64,000 bases of DNA from NCBI GenBank assembly GCA_944391725.1, contig CALXUQ010000002.1, positions 3,590-67,589 on the forward strand, given 5' to 3'. Of the stretch, positions 7,445 to 18,800 are shown in pieces (position 1 is the stretch's first letter; the number at the start of each line of letters is the position of its first letter). The translations under genes and the position numbers were made by a program. Below the pieces are notes generated by a model that was not told the DNA's origin, made no database searches, and saw only the letters and a program-made list of their open reading frames with translations. Source of the DNA: an uncultured Alphaproteobacteria bacterium. GTDB lineage: Bacteria; Pseudomonadota; Alphaproteobacteria; RF32; CAG-239.

Positions 7445-8842
7445 ATGAGCTTGTTAGATAAGGCATTAGTAGGTGATGTTTTAGATGAGGCTTTGTCCTC
7501 GGGTGGCGATTTTGCCGAAGTGTTTGTCGAAAATAAGAAAAGCGAAAACGTTTCAATGTCGGAGCGGCAGGTTAAAAACATTGTTTCTGAAAAGCAGTTT
7601 GGAGTTGGAGTGCGAGTTTTTAGCGGCGAGTTCCAGACTTATGCTTACACTAATGTTTTGACCCGCGATAATCTGCTCAGAACGGCACGAAAAGCGGCGC
7701 AGGCGATTAAACAAAAAAGTGCTCACAATATCATCAATCTTAATAATCCGTTGGAAGTTCATAATCAAAATTCGGTTTTGGTGCATCCGCTTGCAGTAGC
7801 GAAAAAACAAAAAATTGAGCTCTTATCGGAGCTGTCTAATTTGGTTTATGCTCACAGCAATTTAATATGCAAAGCGGCCGGGTGGATTCAAGCGGAAGAC
7901 CGGCAGATTTTGGTGGCTAATTCGGAAAGTATTTGGGCGGAAGACAGCCAAATTCGTTCACGGTTCCGTTTGATGGCAACGGCTTTGCGTGAAGATATTA
8001 AAGAGGAGGCCAGTCTTGGTTTTGCTAAAATGTGTGGGTATGAACTACTAGATGAGTTTCCCGACGGAAAGGCCGCTTTTGCAAGCGAGTTGGCGGAAAA
8101 AGCCATTGCGAGAACTTATGCAAAAAATGCTCCCAGCGGAAAAATACCGGTGATTATTGCCAATGGTTTTGGGGGCACAATTTTTCATGAGGCTTGCGGA
8201 CATAGCTTGGAGGCGATTGCCATTTCACGCGGGATGTCGGAATTTTGCGGCAAAATCGGTCAGCAAGTGGCAAGTGAGTTGGTGAGTGCTTATGATGATG
8301 GGCTTAAACCCGGTCTTTGGGGCTCGGTTAATATTGATGATGAAGGTACGCCGGTTCAAACACGTCTACTAATTGAAAACGGAGTGCTCAAAAATTATTT
8401 GGTTGATAAGTTCTATGGTCGAAAAATCGGTATGTCTTCTAACGCGGCGGCAAGGCGCGAAGACTATACCTATATGCCGGTGCCAAGAATGAGCAATACT
8501 TTTATTGCGCCAGGAAAATCGACGCCGGAAGAAATTGTTGCCAACACCAAATACGGACTTTATGCCAAAGAAATCAGCGGAGGGTCGGTGAACACCACAA
8601 CCGGCGAATTTAACTTTGCGGTTAGTGAGGCTTATATCGTCAGAGACGGTAAAATTGCCGAGCAAGTCAAAGGGGCGCGCCTTATTGGTAAAGGTATAGA
8701 TATTTTGAAGAGAATTGATATGGTGGGTAATGATTTGAAACTCCAAGAAGGCACTTGCGGTGCAAGTTCGGGACATATTCCGGTAACAGTGGGACAACCG
8801 ACTATCAGAGTGAGCGAAATTACGGTAGGAGGACAGGGATAA
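7445..8842 (+). CDS. tldD: metalloprotease TldD
   Basis: The HExxxH-like motif FHEACGHSLEA and a TldD/PmbA-family C-terminus (GKGIDILK) are present. Confidence 0.85.
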   Translation: MSLLDKALVGDVLDEALSSGGDFAEVFVENKKSENVSMSERQVKNIVSEKQFGVGVRVFSGEFQTYAYTNVLTRDNLLRTARKAAQAIKQKSAHNIINLNNPLEVHNQNSVLVHPLAVAKKQKIELLSELSNLVYAHSNLICKAAGWIQAEDRQILVANSESIWAEDSQIRSRFRLMATALREDIKEEASLGFAKMCGYELLDEFPDGKAAFASELAEKAIARTYAKNAPSGKIPVIIANGFGGTIFHEACGHSLEAIAISRGMSEFCGKIGQQVASELVSAYDDGLKPGLWGSVNIDDEGTPVQTRLLIENGVLKNYLVDKFYGRKIGMSSNAAARREDYTYMPVPRMSNTFIAPGKSTPEEIVANTKYGLYAKEISGGSVNTTTGEFNFAVSEAYIVRDGKIAEQVKGARLIGKGIDILKRIDMVGNDLKLQEGTCGASSGHIPVTVGQPTIRVSEITVGGQG

Positions 8843-10164
8843 TGGAAGCAAAAGCTTTTGTTGAGGCCTTATATGCAGCGGCAGAAAATTCCGGAGTAGG
8901 GGAATTCCAAATCTATTGCGGTTATAACGCGGAGGCTGGTTTGTCGTTGTTTGAAGGCAAAATTGAAAAAGCTGAAAACAGCGAAACGCAGACTTTGGTT
9001 TTTAAGGTCAAGAAAGACGGCAAAATAGGTCAATATGTTATCAAATCTCCATTTGAGGAAAAAGATATCCCCGAGATTATATCAAACGCGGTTGAAAACG
9101 CCGAGCTTATTTCTGATGAAGATGAAAATTTCTTTCATGATGGGAGCGGAGAATATCGTCAAGATTTGAAACCATACAAGCCTTTGACTGACAAGTTGAA
9201 AAAGCTTAACAAGGAAGAATTTTTGCAAAAACTGGAAAAAGAAGCCTACAAGCAAAGTAAGCTTGTGAGCAAAGTTCTTAGTTGTCGGTACAGAGAAACA
9301 ATATATCAAGCTATATTGCGAAATTCTTTGGGGCTTGATTTGGAGATAAATTGGGCTCAGGCTAATGCCACGCTTTATCTGGCGGTCAAAGACGGTGATG
9401 AGGTTAAAGATGCTTTTGAATATGTGGTCTTTGCCAAAGATGAAGATTTTAATCCGCAAAGCTTAGCCAAAAAGGTTGTGGATGATGCATTGTCTAAACT
9501 CCACGCCGTCGATTTTACGTCCGGAAAAATGCCGGTGGTGATTAAAAACAGGGCTTTTCGGACTTTGCTTGGAAAGTTGGTCAAAGCTACATTTGCACAA
9601 AATATTATTGATAAAAAATCAAAATTTGAAGGCAAAATCGGTCAAAAGGTGGCTAGTTCTGTGGTGAGTGTGGTGGAAGACCCGTTTATGGAAGGAGGAA
9701 TGCAAACCAGAGCTTTTGATTATGAAGGTTATCCGACCTCTCAAAAAGAAATTATCAAAGACGGGGTATTGCAGACCTATTTACATAATCTCAAAACAGC
9801 ACACCGCTTTAAGACACATTCTACCGGAAACGGGAAAAATCTTATCACAAACTTATATCTTAAAGCTGGGGAAACATCATTTGAACAATTGCTTTGTGAA
9901 ATGAATGAGGGTATACTGGTGTCAGAAATTAAGGGCTTGAACGTGGGTATGGATTTGGTCTCGGGTGATTTCTCGGTAGTGGGAGCCGGTTTCTTGGTCA
10001 AAAATGGCAAAATCGGTCAGCCAGTTACTCAATTCACCATTGCCGGTAATTTTTACGAATTGTTACTGAATATTCGTAAGGTGGGTAGTGATTTGGACTT
10101 TTATCAAACAAGTGTCGGTTCGCCTTCGGTATTGGTTGATGGGCTGACTTTGTCAAACAAATAA
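8842..10164 (+). CDS. pmbA: metalloprotease PmbA/TldE
   Basis: This second TldD/PmbA paralogue lacks HExxH. The ATG at 8842 overlaps the tldD stop and is preceded by AGGAGG. The C-terminal motif is SGDFSVVGAGFLVKNGKIG. Confidence 0.8.
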   Translation: MEAKAFVEALYAAAENSGVGEFQIYCGYNAEAGLSLFEGKIEKAENSETQTLVFKVKKDGKIGQYVIKSPFEEKDIPEIISNAVENAELISDEDENFFHDGSGEYRQDLKPYKPLTDKLKKLNKEEFLQKLEKEAYKQSKLVSKVLSCRYRETIYQAILRNSLGLDLEINWAQANATLYLAVKDGDEVKDAFEYVVFAKDEDFNPQSLAKKVVDDALSKLHAVDFTSGKMPVVIKNRAFRTLLGKLVKATFAQNIIDKKSKFEGKIGQKVASSVVSVVEDPFMEGGMQTRAFDYEGYPTSQKEIIKDGVLQTYLHNLKTAHRFKTHSTGNGKNLITNLYLKAGETSFEQLLCEMNEGILVSEIKGLNVGMDLVSGDFSVVGAGFLVKNGKIGQPVTQFTIAGNFYELLLNIRKVGSDLDFYQTSVGSPSVLVDGLTLSNK

Positions 10165-10178
10165 GATAGGAGCAGATA

Positions 10179-11987
10179 ATGAAAAAATATTTATTGATGA
10201 GTGTGGCGGCCGTAGCAGTTGTGGCTGCAGGCGGTATCGGGTATTACAGCTACTATTATGATAATACGGGAATTACCAATGTGTTTAAGGCGGCTGAAGA
10301 ATCTGCTCCGAGCAAAGTAAAAAAATATTTGCGAATTTATAATCCTGATTTGAAACAAGCCGATGTTAACGGATATACTCTGATTACCTATGCGGCGGCA
10401 AATAAAGACCCCGAAATGGTTAAGGCTGTGCTTGAGGCCGGAGCGCAGGTGAATGTGGAGGCTAAAGACGGTATTACTCCGCTGATGATGGCAATCTTAA
10501 ATCATAATGCAGAGGCGGTGAAGTTGTTGTTGGCAGCCGGAGCCGATGCTAATTTTGTAAATATGAACGGTTGGTCTCCGCTGGCGTTCGCAGTTTCAAA
10601 TTCGGATAATGCCGAAATTGTAAAATTATTATTGCAACGTAAGGCAGATGTCAGGTTTAAGCTGGAGGGAAAAATTGGTTTGGTCAATTTGGCACTCCAG
10701 ACACAAGCTCCCGCTGAGGTGGTGTCCGAATTGATTGAGGCCGGCGCAAATGTGCAAGAAATGGATAAGGATGGGAATACATTGATTGCAAAAGCCGTTA
10801 TGCTTAAGGCAAATCCTGAGGTTATTAAGTTATTAGCCGAAAACGGAAGTGATGTTAACCAGGCAAACTTGCAAGAGATGACGCCGTTGTTGATGGCTTT
10901 GTTCCAGTCGAGCGGTGAAAAAATGGTGCAGACTTTGATCGAAGCCGGAGCTGATTTGAACACTAATCCCAAAGCTATACTGAGAAATGCGGTGACTAAA
11001 AATAAAGATCCGAAGGTGTTGGATGTTTTGGCTAAAGCTAATATGAAGTTGCGTCTTGATGATGATGATTTTTCTTTGGTGGCTGAGACGGTACAAATTC
11101 CCAACCAAGAGCAAATGCTGGCAAAAGTCTTGAAGTATGATGATATTATCAATCGTAAGGATTCAAAAGGACGAACTCCGGTTTTTGCGGCAATGATACC
11201 GGGACAAAGTTTTGATGTGCTCAATATGCTAAACAAAAACGGAGCCAATTTTGATGCCAAGGATAATAATGGCCAAACCGTGTTGATGGCGGCAATCAAA
11301 AATAATGCAGGCAAAGATGTCGTGCAATATTTGTTGGATCGTAAGGTCGATATTTTTGCTACGGATAATGAAGGAAATACGGCTTTGGATTATGCCGCTT
11401 CCAGTATTCATGATCAAGATATGGCTCTCTTGCTGCTAGATGCTTATGTCAAAGACGGAAAACACCAAGCCGAAATTAATCATGCGATGTTGCAGGCAGC
11501 CTTAAATCCGAATAGCAAAATATTGGAATATTTTGCTAATAAAGGCGGCAAAATTGATTTTGCTCAACAGGAAATTCCGCTGTTGGTGATTGCGGCAGGA
11601 AAAAATAATATGGTGGAAAATGTGCGGCAAATGCTAAAACTTGGTGCCGATGTCAATATGATAACGCCGGATAAAATTACTCCGTTACATATGGCGGCAG
11701 CTTCAAATCCAAATCCGGATATGGCTAAAGTTCTGGTAGAGGCTGGAGCAAATGTTAATGCACAAGACCGTTCCGGTCTGACACCGCTGATGTTGACGGT
11801 GTTGTACAATCCCAACGGTGATGCCGTAGCGGAGGTTTTGTTGGAGGCTAAGGCTAATCCTAAATTGAGAGATTCGACCGGGAGGACTTATTTTGAAATG
11901 TTAAAAGAACGGCAGGTCGCTCAAGCTAGAGAACAGACAAAAGTTCCGGAAAACGTGGGTGAGGTAACTCCAATCCCTGAGGACTAA
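10179..11987 (+). CDS. ankyrin-repeat protein with N-terminal signal peptide/TM anchor (~15 ANK repeats)
   Basis: It begins MKKYLLMSVAAVAVVAAGGIGYY. Then ~33-aa units recur through most of the 602 aa, e.g. NGYTLITYAAANKDPEMVKAVLEAGAQVN and DGITPLMMAILNHNAEAVKLLLAAGADAN. Confidence 0.8.
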   Translation: MKKYLLMSVAAVAVVAAGGIGYYSYYYDNTGITNVFKAAEESAPSKVKKYLRIYNPDLKQADVNGYTLITYAAANKDPEMVKAVLEAGAQVNVEAKDGITPLMMAILNHNAEAVKLLLAAGADANFVNMNGWSPLAFAVSNSDNAEIVKLLLQRKADVRFKLEGKIGLVNLALQTQAPAEVVSELIEAGANVQEMDKDGNTLIAKAVMLKANPEVIKLLAENGSDVNQANLQEMTPLLMALFQSSGEKMVQTLIEAGADLNTNPKAILRNAVTKNKDPKVLDVLAKANMKLRLDDDDFSLVAETVQIPNQEQMLAKVLKYDDIINRKDSKGRTPVFAAMIPGQSFDVLNMLNKNGANFDAKDNNGQTVLMAAIKNNAGKDVVQYLLDRKVDIFATDNEGNTALDYAASSIHDQDMALLLLDAYVKDGKHQAEINHAMLQAALNPNSKILEYFANKGGKIDFAQQEIPLLVIAAGKNNMVENVRQMLKLGADVNMITPDKITPLHMAAASNPNPDMAKVLVEAGANVNAQDRSGLTPLMLTVLYNPNGDAVAEVLLEAKANPKLRDSTGRTYFEMLKERQVAQAREQTKVPENVGEVTPIPED

Positions 11988-12061
11988 ATGCAGATGGAGC
12001 TTTTTAGAGCAAAATAATTCCGGAGAAATCCGGAATTATTTTTTTTGTAGGGAAAATCTAT

Positions 12062-12499
12062 TTATAAGGCTAATTCTAAAATGGGGTGAGGTTTGCCGCA
12101 GTCATCCGTGGGGTGGCGCGCAATTTGTTTGAAGCCGAATTTTTGATACACCTTAAGTGCATCGGGGTTTTCTTCATTAACATCAATACGATTGCATTTG
12201 TGTTCATAAATTGCCAATGAGAGTAGGGAAGAACCAAGCTTTTGGCGGAGATATTGAGGGTGGACAAACAACATCTCAATTTTGTTATCCCGAATGGCAA
12301 TAAAGGCAAGTAATTCTTGTTGCTCGTTGCGGATACCATATAAATCTACTTGGGGCAGGGTATATTTGAGAATTAAAGGACGATAGTAATCAATCTCTTC
12401 GGGAGTAAAAAAGTGGTGGGTGGCTTTAACCGAGAGTTCCCAAACATCAAGTATTGCGCTGTAATCATCCGCAGTTAAGCGGCAGATTGGTAAAGACAT
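12062..12499 (-). CDS. GNAT family N-acetyltransferase
   Basis: It carries FVHPQYLRQKLGSSLL and ends ALKVYQKFGF. It is the last gene of a three-gene operon with overlapping junctions. Confidence 0.7.
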   Translation of the reverse strand: MSLPICRLTADDYSAILDVWELSVKATHHFFTPEEIDYYRPLILKYTLPQVDLYGIRNEQQELLAFIAIRDNKIEMLFVHPQYLRQKLGSSLLSLAIYEHKCNRIDVNEENPDALKVYQKFGFKQIARHPTDDCGKPHPILELAL

Positions 12500-12500
12500 T

Positions 12501-13136
12501 TTATGCTGCTGCTTTCGAATTTTCGAGGTATCTCTTGGCGGTGTTTAAGATTTTGAGATAATATTCGGCACTATGCGGTGTAAAGTCGCAAATTCCAAAG
12601 GCACCGGTTTGAAGGCTGAATTGGCCATCCTCACCTAAAACTAATCCTGAGCCGTAGACTTTGCTGACTTTGCGGTTGAACAAATTAATCAAATCGTCAA
12701 TGCAGATTTCATATACGCCGGATACTTCTTCGGGATTTAAGACCAGTTCGGAAAGTTTTTTATCAGTTTCGAGTAAGTATGTGGCCGTAAATTCGCGATT
12801 GATGTAGCTGGGACGTTCGGTGATTTTTTTGCCGGTAAAAAGTTTGGTCAGTTTGTTAAAATCTACGTCAAAGCCCAGTTCTTCTTTAATCTCGCGGATG
12901 CCGTCTTTGGGACGTTCTCCGGCAAGGAGGTGTCCGGCAGAGGAGATGTCTAATTTGTTGGGGTGGGTTTCAACGTGGTCACCGCGACGTTGCAACCAGA
13001 TTTTGTCGGGACGGCTCACTATCCAACAGTGAAAGGTCATGTGCCACAAGCCTTCGTGGTGGGCTTGTGAGCGCGGGGCCGTACCTAAGAGATTCATATG
13101 CTCGTCGTAAATATCAATCAGTTCATCGCGGTTCAT
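12501..13136 (-). CDS. NUDIX hydrolase
   Basis: The Nudix box GERPKDGIREIKEELGF (GX5EX7REUXEEXGU) is present. Confidence 0.8.
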   Translation of the reverse strand: MNRDELIDIYDEHMNLLGTAPRSQAHHEGLWHMTFHCWIVSRPDKIWLQRRGDHVETHPNKLDISSAGHLLAGERPKDGIREIKEELGFDVDFNKLTKLFTGKKITERPSYINREFTATYLLETDKKLSELVLNPEEVSGVYEICIDDLINLFNRKVSKVYGSGLVLGEDGQFSLQTGAFGICDFTPHSAEYYLKILNTAKRYLENSKAAA

Positions 13137-14904
13137 GGGCGTTCTCCTTTACGGTATTGGCGAAAAATATGGCGCCTTGGACATCTTGACCATTTTCGGT
13201 ACGCAAGGTCAAAAGTTTATATTCTATATGATTATATCCGGCGGTGCTTAATAGTTTATTAACATATTCCAAAGAATGTTTATAGCGGCCGCGAGGAGAA
13301 AGTTGCCAGTCGGTTATGTTGGGTGCAAGTTCAACCGAAAAACATAGCGGAGTTGGAAAACATTTGCTTATAACCGGTGCAAGGTCAGAAAAATAGCAAA
13401 ATACATCGGCAGCAGTGATTAAGTTAAACGCAGGATGATGGTTGCTAAGATAGGTTAAAATGTCGCAATTGATTAGCGTTTGGTAGATGTTTTTAGCGTT
13501 AGCTTGTTGGAGCATGGCCTCGGATATATCAACACCAATTATTTGATTGTGCGGGGTTTTTAGTGCTTCTCCCAGCAATCCGGTTCCACAGCCTAAGTCT
13601 AAAATTTGTCCGCTAATGTTACCAAGATGTTGGCTGAAAGCTTGAGGGAGTTGGTAGTTGATTTGATGTAATGTATTATCATAATGCTCAGCGAAATTAT
13701 CAAATAATTTTGCGGCATAAGCTTTGTTGTCGGCTGAAGTGACGGGAATGCCTTTGAGTGCGGCAGCTGTGCGTGCGGCAAAAATATTGTTGGGGGCTTG
13801 ACGGAGCCAGTTTTCGGCAATTTTTACGGCGGTAGAGGCATCTGTTTGGTGATAAAGCATCATGGTTTCGGAAAGATTAACAGAAACTTCTTCAAGCTCT
13901 GGGTTGAGGGCATATGCATTGAAAAACAAGCCCAAAGCTTCTTCATACTCTTGAAGGTCTTTTAAGATGAGTCCCAGATTGTTACTGGCTTCGGCACTCT
14001 TGGGATTGATGATGACGGCGTGGCGAAATTCTTCCAAGGCTTCGCTCAAGCGATGTTCGTGGTAGAGCAAGGTGGCATAATTAAGATGAGCGGCAAAATT
14101 ATTGCGGTCTAGTTCCAAAACGCGGAGATAGTGTTTTTCGGCGGAGTCATATTCTTGTTGTTGGGACTTAATATCTGCCAGATTGAGATGAGCTAAGATA
14201 TTGTTGGCATCAAGTTCCAAAGCATGGCTAAAATGGGTTGCGGCCGGCCCAATTTGACCAACTCCCAGTAAAGCTTGTCCTAAAACGGTTTGCACTTCGG
14301 GGCTGTCAGGATAAACAGCGGCGGCATTTTGGGCATGGAGGAGGGCGTTTTGAAATTCTTGCTTATCCAAAAAGAGACGACTTAACTCAAAGCCTATTTG
14401 AGGTTCGTTAGGAAATTTGGTTTTTAGTTCTTGCAATTTGCTAATGGCATTTTCCGGGGTAAGCATAATCTGCCCAATCAGGGCTTCGCAATACTTATCA
14501 TCAATTTTGAGAGCTTGCTCATAGGCATTTTGGGCTTGGTTGGTTTGTCCTAAGTCGTGACGGATATGTCCGATTTGCAACCAAGCCTCTTTCATCTTGG
14601 GTTCATATCTCAGCGCATTGGAAAAAGCTTCAATCGCTTCATGTGATTTGCCCCAGCAGTTGAGCGAAATGCCTAAATTAAAATAAAAAGGAGCTCTTTT
14701 CCCGTCGGCTTTAATGGCGCGATAGAATAGACCGGCGGCTTCTTCATGGACACCCTTGACCTGTGCAATCAGCCCCAAAAGGTTCAAAATATCGGGGTTT
14801 TCGGGTACGGTTTCCAAAAGTTGGCGGTAAATCTGTTCGGCTTTATCAAATTCTCCTTGTTCGTGCAACTCAATCGCACGCCGAAACATTAAATCATACG
14901 ACAT
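13123..14904 (-). CDS. TPR-repeat protein fused to a class I SAM-dependent methyltransferase
   Basis: The N-terminal ~380 aa are 34-aa TPR units (the AxxxYxxAL pattern repeats). The C-terminus has ILDLGCGTGLLGEAL (SAM motif I) and DVFCYF. Confidence 0.75.
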   Translation of the reverse strand: MSYDLMFRRAIELHEQGEFDKAEQIYRQLLETVPENPDILNLLGLIAQVKGVHEEAAGLFYRAIKADGKRAPFYFNLGISLNCWGKSHEAIEAFSNALRYEPKMKEAWLQIGHIRHDLGQTNQAQNAYEQALKIDDKYCEALIGQIMLTPENAISKLQELKTKFPNEPQIGFELSRLFLDKQEFQNALLHAQNAAAVYPDSPEVQTVLGQALLGVGQIGPAATHFSHALELDANNILAHLNLADIKSQQQEYDSAEKHYLRVLELDRNNFAAHLNYATLLYHEHRLSEALEEFRHAVIINPKSAEASNNLGLILKDLQEYEEALGLFFNAYALNPELEEVSVNLSETMMLYHQTDASTAVKIAENWLRQAPNNIFAARTAAALKGIPVTSADNKAYAAKLFDNFAEHYDNTLHQINYQLPQAFSQHLGNISGQILDLGCGTGLLGEALKTPHNQIIGVDISEAMLQQANAKNIYQTLINCDILTYLSNHHPAFNLITAADVFCYFSDLAPVISKCFPTPLCFSVELAPNITDWQLSPRGRYKHSLEYVNKLLSTAGYNHIEYKLLTLRTENGQDVQGAIFFANTVKENAHEPR

Positions 14905-15009
14905 ATATTTACTCCTTTGAGCTTATATTAATCCGTTGTGGTTTGTTTTCCAGCTTTTTTTTGAAAAATGTACTTGAAATTTGAAAAAAAGTGATGTAAG
15001 TTGTACCCA

Positions 15010-15104
15010 CTTCTGGGAAGGTGGATGAAATTTCCCGTTCGGCAAATTGTGGTGTCGAAACTACCGGAACAACAATGTAAGTGTAACAAAATTAGGATTT
15101 ATCT
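15010..15104 (+). promoter_or_regulatory. possible structured rpsD leader
   Basis: CCCACTTCTGGGAAGGTGGATG forms a stem-loop upstream of rpsD. S4 autoregulates through leader structure in other bacteria, which is the only basis for this call. Confidence 0.25.
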
Positions 15105-15719
15105 ATGAAAAGTATTGAAAACGCTAAGAAAAAAGCTGAACGCCGCTATGGCAAAGCTTTGTGGGGTAATCCCAATAGCTCTTTTGCTAAGAGAGAATAT
15201 GCTCCCGGTCAGCATGGTCAACGCAGAAAAAAACAAACCGACTATGGTGAACAGCTCTATGCTAAACAAAGCCTGAAAACCAGTTATGGTAATATTGGTG
15301 AAAAGCAATTCCGTAAATATTATGAAGAAGCTATCAGAAGAAAAGGTGATACGGCCGAAAATCTGATTGGTTTGCTCGAGTCTCGTTTGGATAACTTGGT
15401 CTATAGATCAAAATTTGTACCGACTGTGTTTGCAGCTCGTCAATTTGTTAACCATGGTCACGTATTGGTTAACGGTAAAAAAGTTAACATCCCTTCTTAT
15501 TTGGTTAAAGCAGGCGATGTGATTGAAGTTCGCGAAAAATCTAAACAGTTGCCGATGGTGATTGCCGCTGTTGAATCTACCAGCCGCGATTTGCCGGGTT
15601 ATCTTGAAGTAGACAGCAAAAAGTTAACCGCAAAATATACCTTTGTGCCGAAATTTGATGATGTTCCTTATGCATCTCAAATGGAACCCAATCTGGTTAT
15701 CGAGTTCTACTCCAGATAG
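15105..15719 (+). CDS. rpsD: 30S ribosomal protein S4
   Basis: It reads ...[30 protein letters not shown]...[11 protein letters not shown]...[18 protein letters not shown] and is a standalone gene. Confidence 0.9.
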   Translation: MKSIENAKKKAERRYGKALWGNPNSSFAKREYAPGQHGQRRKKQTDYGEQLYAKQSLKTSYGNIGEKQFRKYYEEAIRRKGDTAENLIGLLESRLDNLVYRSKFVPTVFAARQFVNHGHVLVNGKKVNIPSYLVKAGDVIEVREKSKQLPMVIAAVESTSRDLPGYLEVDSKKLTAKYTFVPKFDDVPYASQMEPNLVIEFYSR

Positions 15720-15744
15720 TAAACTCTTTGCTATTTTTGTTAAA

Positions 15745-15778
15745 AACCTCGAAACTTATGCAAGCTTCGAGGTTTTTG
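15745..15778 (+). terminator. rho-independent terminator after rpsD
   Basis: An AACCTCGAA...CTTCGAGGTT stem is followed by TTTT. Confidence 0.6.
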
Positions 15779-15847
15779 CTTTAAATATCATGAATCTTAT
15801 GCTTATATATTCTGCAGAATGTAAATCTAATCTGTAAGGATAGAGCA

Positions 15848-18800
15848 ATGGAAGACATTATAATTGAAGAAAGACCGGCTACTCCTGTTTCGACCAAAGA
15901 ACCTGCTAAAACAACAGAGACTAAGGTAAAAATTAAAGTCAAAAAACAAGGTCCCGGTGTGTTGAGCTATTTGGCTGATTGGTTTAACAAGTCTTTGATT
16001 GTGTTCTTGCTTGCGGCAATCAATTTGGTTTTGTTTTTGAGCGTGGGAAACTTAAATGCTTTTCGCGGCGCTCCATGGGAATTGGTGCCGGAAGTGTCTT
16101 ATGTCGTGCTCGGACTTTTTGTGCTATCTTGGTTGCTGATGTTTGCCGCATCTTTGGCACGGTTTATTCAAAATTTGGTTGCTGCCGCGTTGGTGGGTTT
16201 TTGGTTTGTGGTGTTGGTGAACCAGTTTGCCTTGTTTGATGCAGATTCTTTTCTGTATAATTTGGCCGTTAGTTGGTTTGGTGAGGCGGCGGCCGTTCCT
16301 TTTGCGAACTATTCACAGTGGATAGCGGCGGCGCTGATATTTTTGGTATCGTGGGTGTTTTTTACTTTTGCAGCACACAGAAAACAATTTTATTTGGTGG
16401 TGATTTTGGCCGCAATTGCCTTGATTTCGGGGGCGAAACTCTATAATCAGCGCAATAATATGTCGGATTTTGAGGAGGTATATGCCGATAAGGTGATTAC
16501 CAATAATAAACAAGGTAATAATTTTGTGTTTATTGCAGTGCCAAATTTGCCTTCTTACCGATATTTGGAAAGTATCAGCCCTAAATATAAAATAGCGAAC
16601 AAGGCTCTTAAAGCAATGTTGGGGTTGTATACAAGAAATGGCTTTGTGTTGTTTCCCAATGCTTATACTTTGGGACAAAACGAGGCGGAAAATTTGGCGC
16701 AGAGCTTAAACCTTTCGATTGATAAAGATTTGCTAAGTCGTCCGGCAAAGTATGCCGAAAATTGGGATTTTGACAGCTTGGCCGCAAAAAGAACAGAACT
16801 GAAGTCAAGCCAGATGTTGGCGACTTTTGAGAAAAACGGATATGTGCGCAAGGTGTTTGAGGATAATAGTGTCGAGCTGTGCTTTGTGGACGCTAAACCG
16901 GTGGCTAATGCTTGCTATCGACGCAAAATGGTGCCTATGGCTCTGGAGGCCGAAAAGTTTTCTTTGCGGCAACGGATTATGTTGTTGGTGGGGCAGTGGC
17001 TCGGAAGTATGGATATGTTTACTCTGAACCGGCCGCTGTATAATGTCTTGAAGTCGTTTAATGTGGCTGATGTTCCGTTTATCGGACAGGATTATGCAGA
17101 GCAGAAAGCTTTGGGCAGTGTGGAAACATTGGACAAAGTGGCGGAAGATATTGCGCAAGGAAAAGGCAATCGGGCATATGTGGTGTGGATGAATTTGCCG
17201 GGGCAAGGCTTTGTATATGATGAATTTTGTCAGCTTAAGCCGGTGGATAAATGGATTGTGAAAGGCGGAACGGAAAAAGACGAAGATAAGCAAATTAATG
17301 CTTATTTTGAACAGACGGCTTGCTTGTTTGGCAAACTCAATGATTTTATGCGGCAACTTAAGGAAAATAAGGTCGATAAAAATACTGTAGTGATTTTGCA
17401 AGGAGTGAGCGGTTTGGAAATTGCCGGATTAAAGCCGGCTGATAAATTTGAGGCCGAGAATATGGTTACAATGGCGGTTCGTGACCCCAAACATACGAAG
17501 TTTACGCTTGATAACCGTTTTTGCAGTGCCCCGAAAATTGTGCGTCAGTATTTGTTCAAGAAAGATGAGTGCCGCGAGCAAGAGGGCTTAAATCTGGATG
17601 AGAATGTTAAAAATGAAATTGTTGAAAACATTAAAAAACAAAATGTTATCTCTAATAATTCATTAAATACATTAACTGATGCCAATGAGTGGTTTAGAAA
17701 CTGGTTGCGGGCTAATTATCCGGATATGGTGATTCCGATTGAAATGCCGGTGATTGAGGAAAAAGAAGTGGCCGACAGCAAACTGCAAAATCCGCAACAA
17801 GCTAAGGAACAATTGGTTAAGCAGGAAACTAAAACAATTGCCGAAGCTGCTAAAGAAGAAGCTGAAAAAGTAAAAGCCATTAAGCTGCGGACCGATGAAA
17901 CCTCAGCTCCGGTTGTGAGTGAGGATAATAAGTCAGTTAGTGATGAAAATGCACTTTCACAACCACAAAATTTGTTGGAAAACGCTGGGATTAAGAAAGT
18001 TCCGGCACCGCAGGAGAAATCGTTAGCAACAGGTAAAACTGCTAATGATATGACCGATAAGTCGGATACTGAAAATCAGCTCGACAACACGACTGAACCT
18101 CAGGTACAAACTGAGCCGGAGGAAAAAACGGTCAAGGGCGATGAACTGGAAACATCAAATGGGGCAGAAGTACAGAATAAGCCCGAAAATGCCGATGTCG
18201 AGATGCAAAAGTCGACTGAAACACAAGCCCAAATTAAAGAGGCATCTCAACCTAACAATCTGGTAATCGGGGAGGGGCAAAAACCATTAGATCAGCAAAA
18301 TGATAAGTCGGCTGAGGAAAATCAACAGGCAGAAACCGAATCTAAGTCAGCTGTGGTTAATCAAGAACCGGAGGTAAGTGAACCCAATCGGGTTGAGGTT
18401 AGTCAGAAGCCAGAAGAAAACACGCAAAATATTGTTGGGAGTGAAGTTGCTCCGAAGGAGGCAAACACTATCACTAATGATAAGCCAGCAAATGTAGAAT
18501 CTAAAACTGCGCCAGCGGAGGAAATTGCAACCGACGAAAAAGTGGTGATTATTCCGCAAGGTGATGATAAGTCTGATAAAATTATTATTAAAATAGGTAC
18601 TGAAGAAGGCAATTTGCCGCAGGAGCAAGAAACAACACCTGCAGCCAAGTTGGAAAATTTGACGGCAGAAATCATTGCCAAAGCAGATGAAACTAAGGAT
18701 AAAGTTCAAAACGAGATCGCGGATTTGTCGGAGATTAAGGCTCCGCAGGTACCGCTTAAACCGGAAAACTTTGTGCCAGAAATTCAACGGCCTAAGCCGG

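Noticed and set aside
10502-11314. 270-aa antisense ORF inside the ankyrin gene; likewise 16805..17401(-), 31103..31807(+), 45792..46538(-), 43310..43633(-).
   Set aside because: All are low-complexity antisense frames of genes with clear family signatures on the opposite strand. None has an RBS or recognisable motif.
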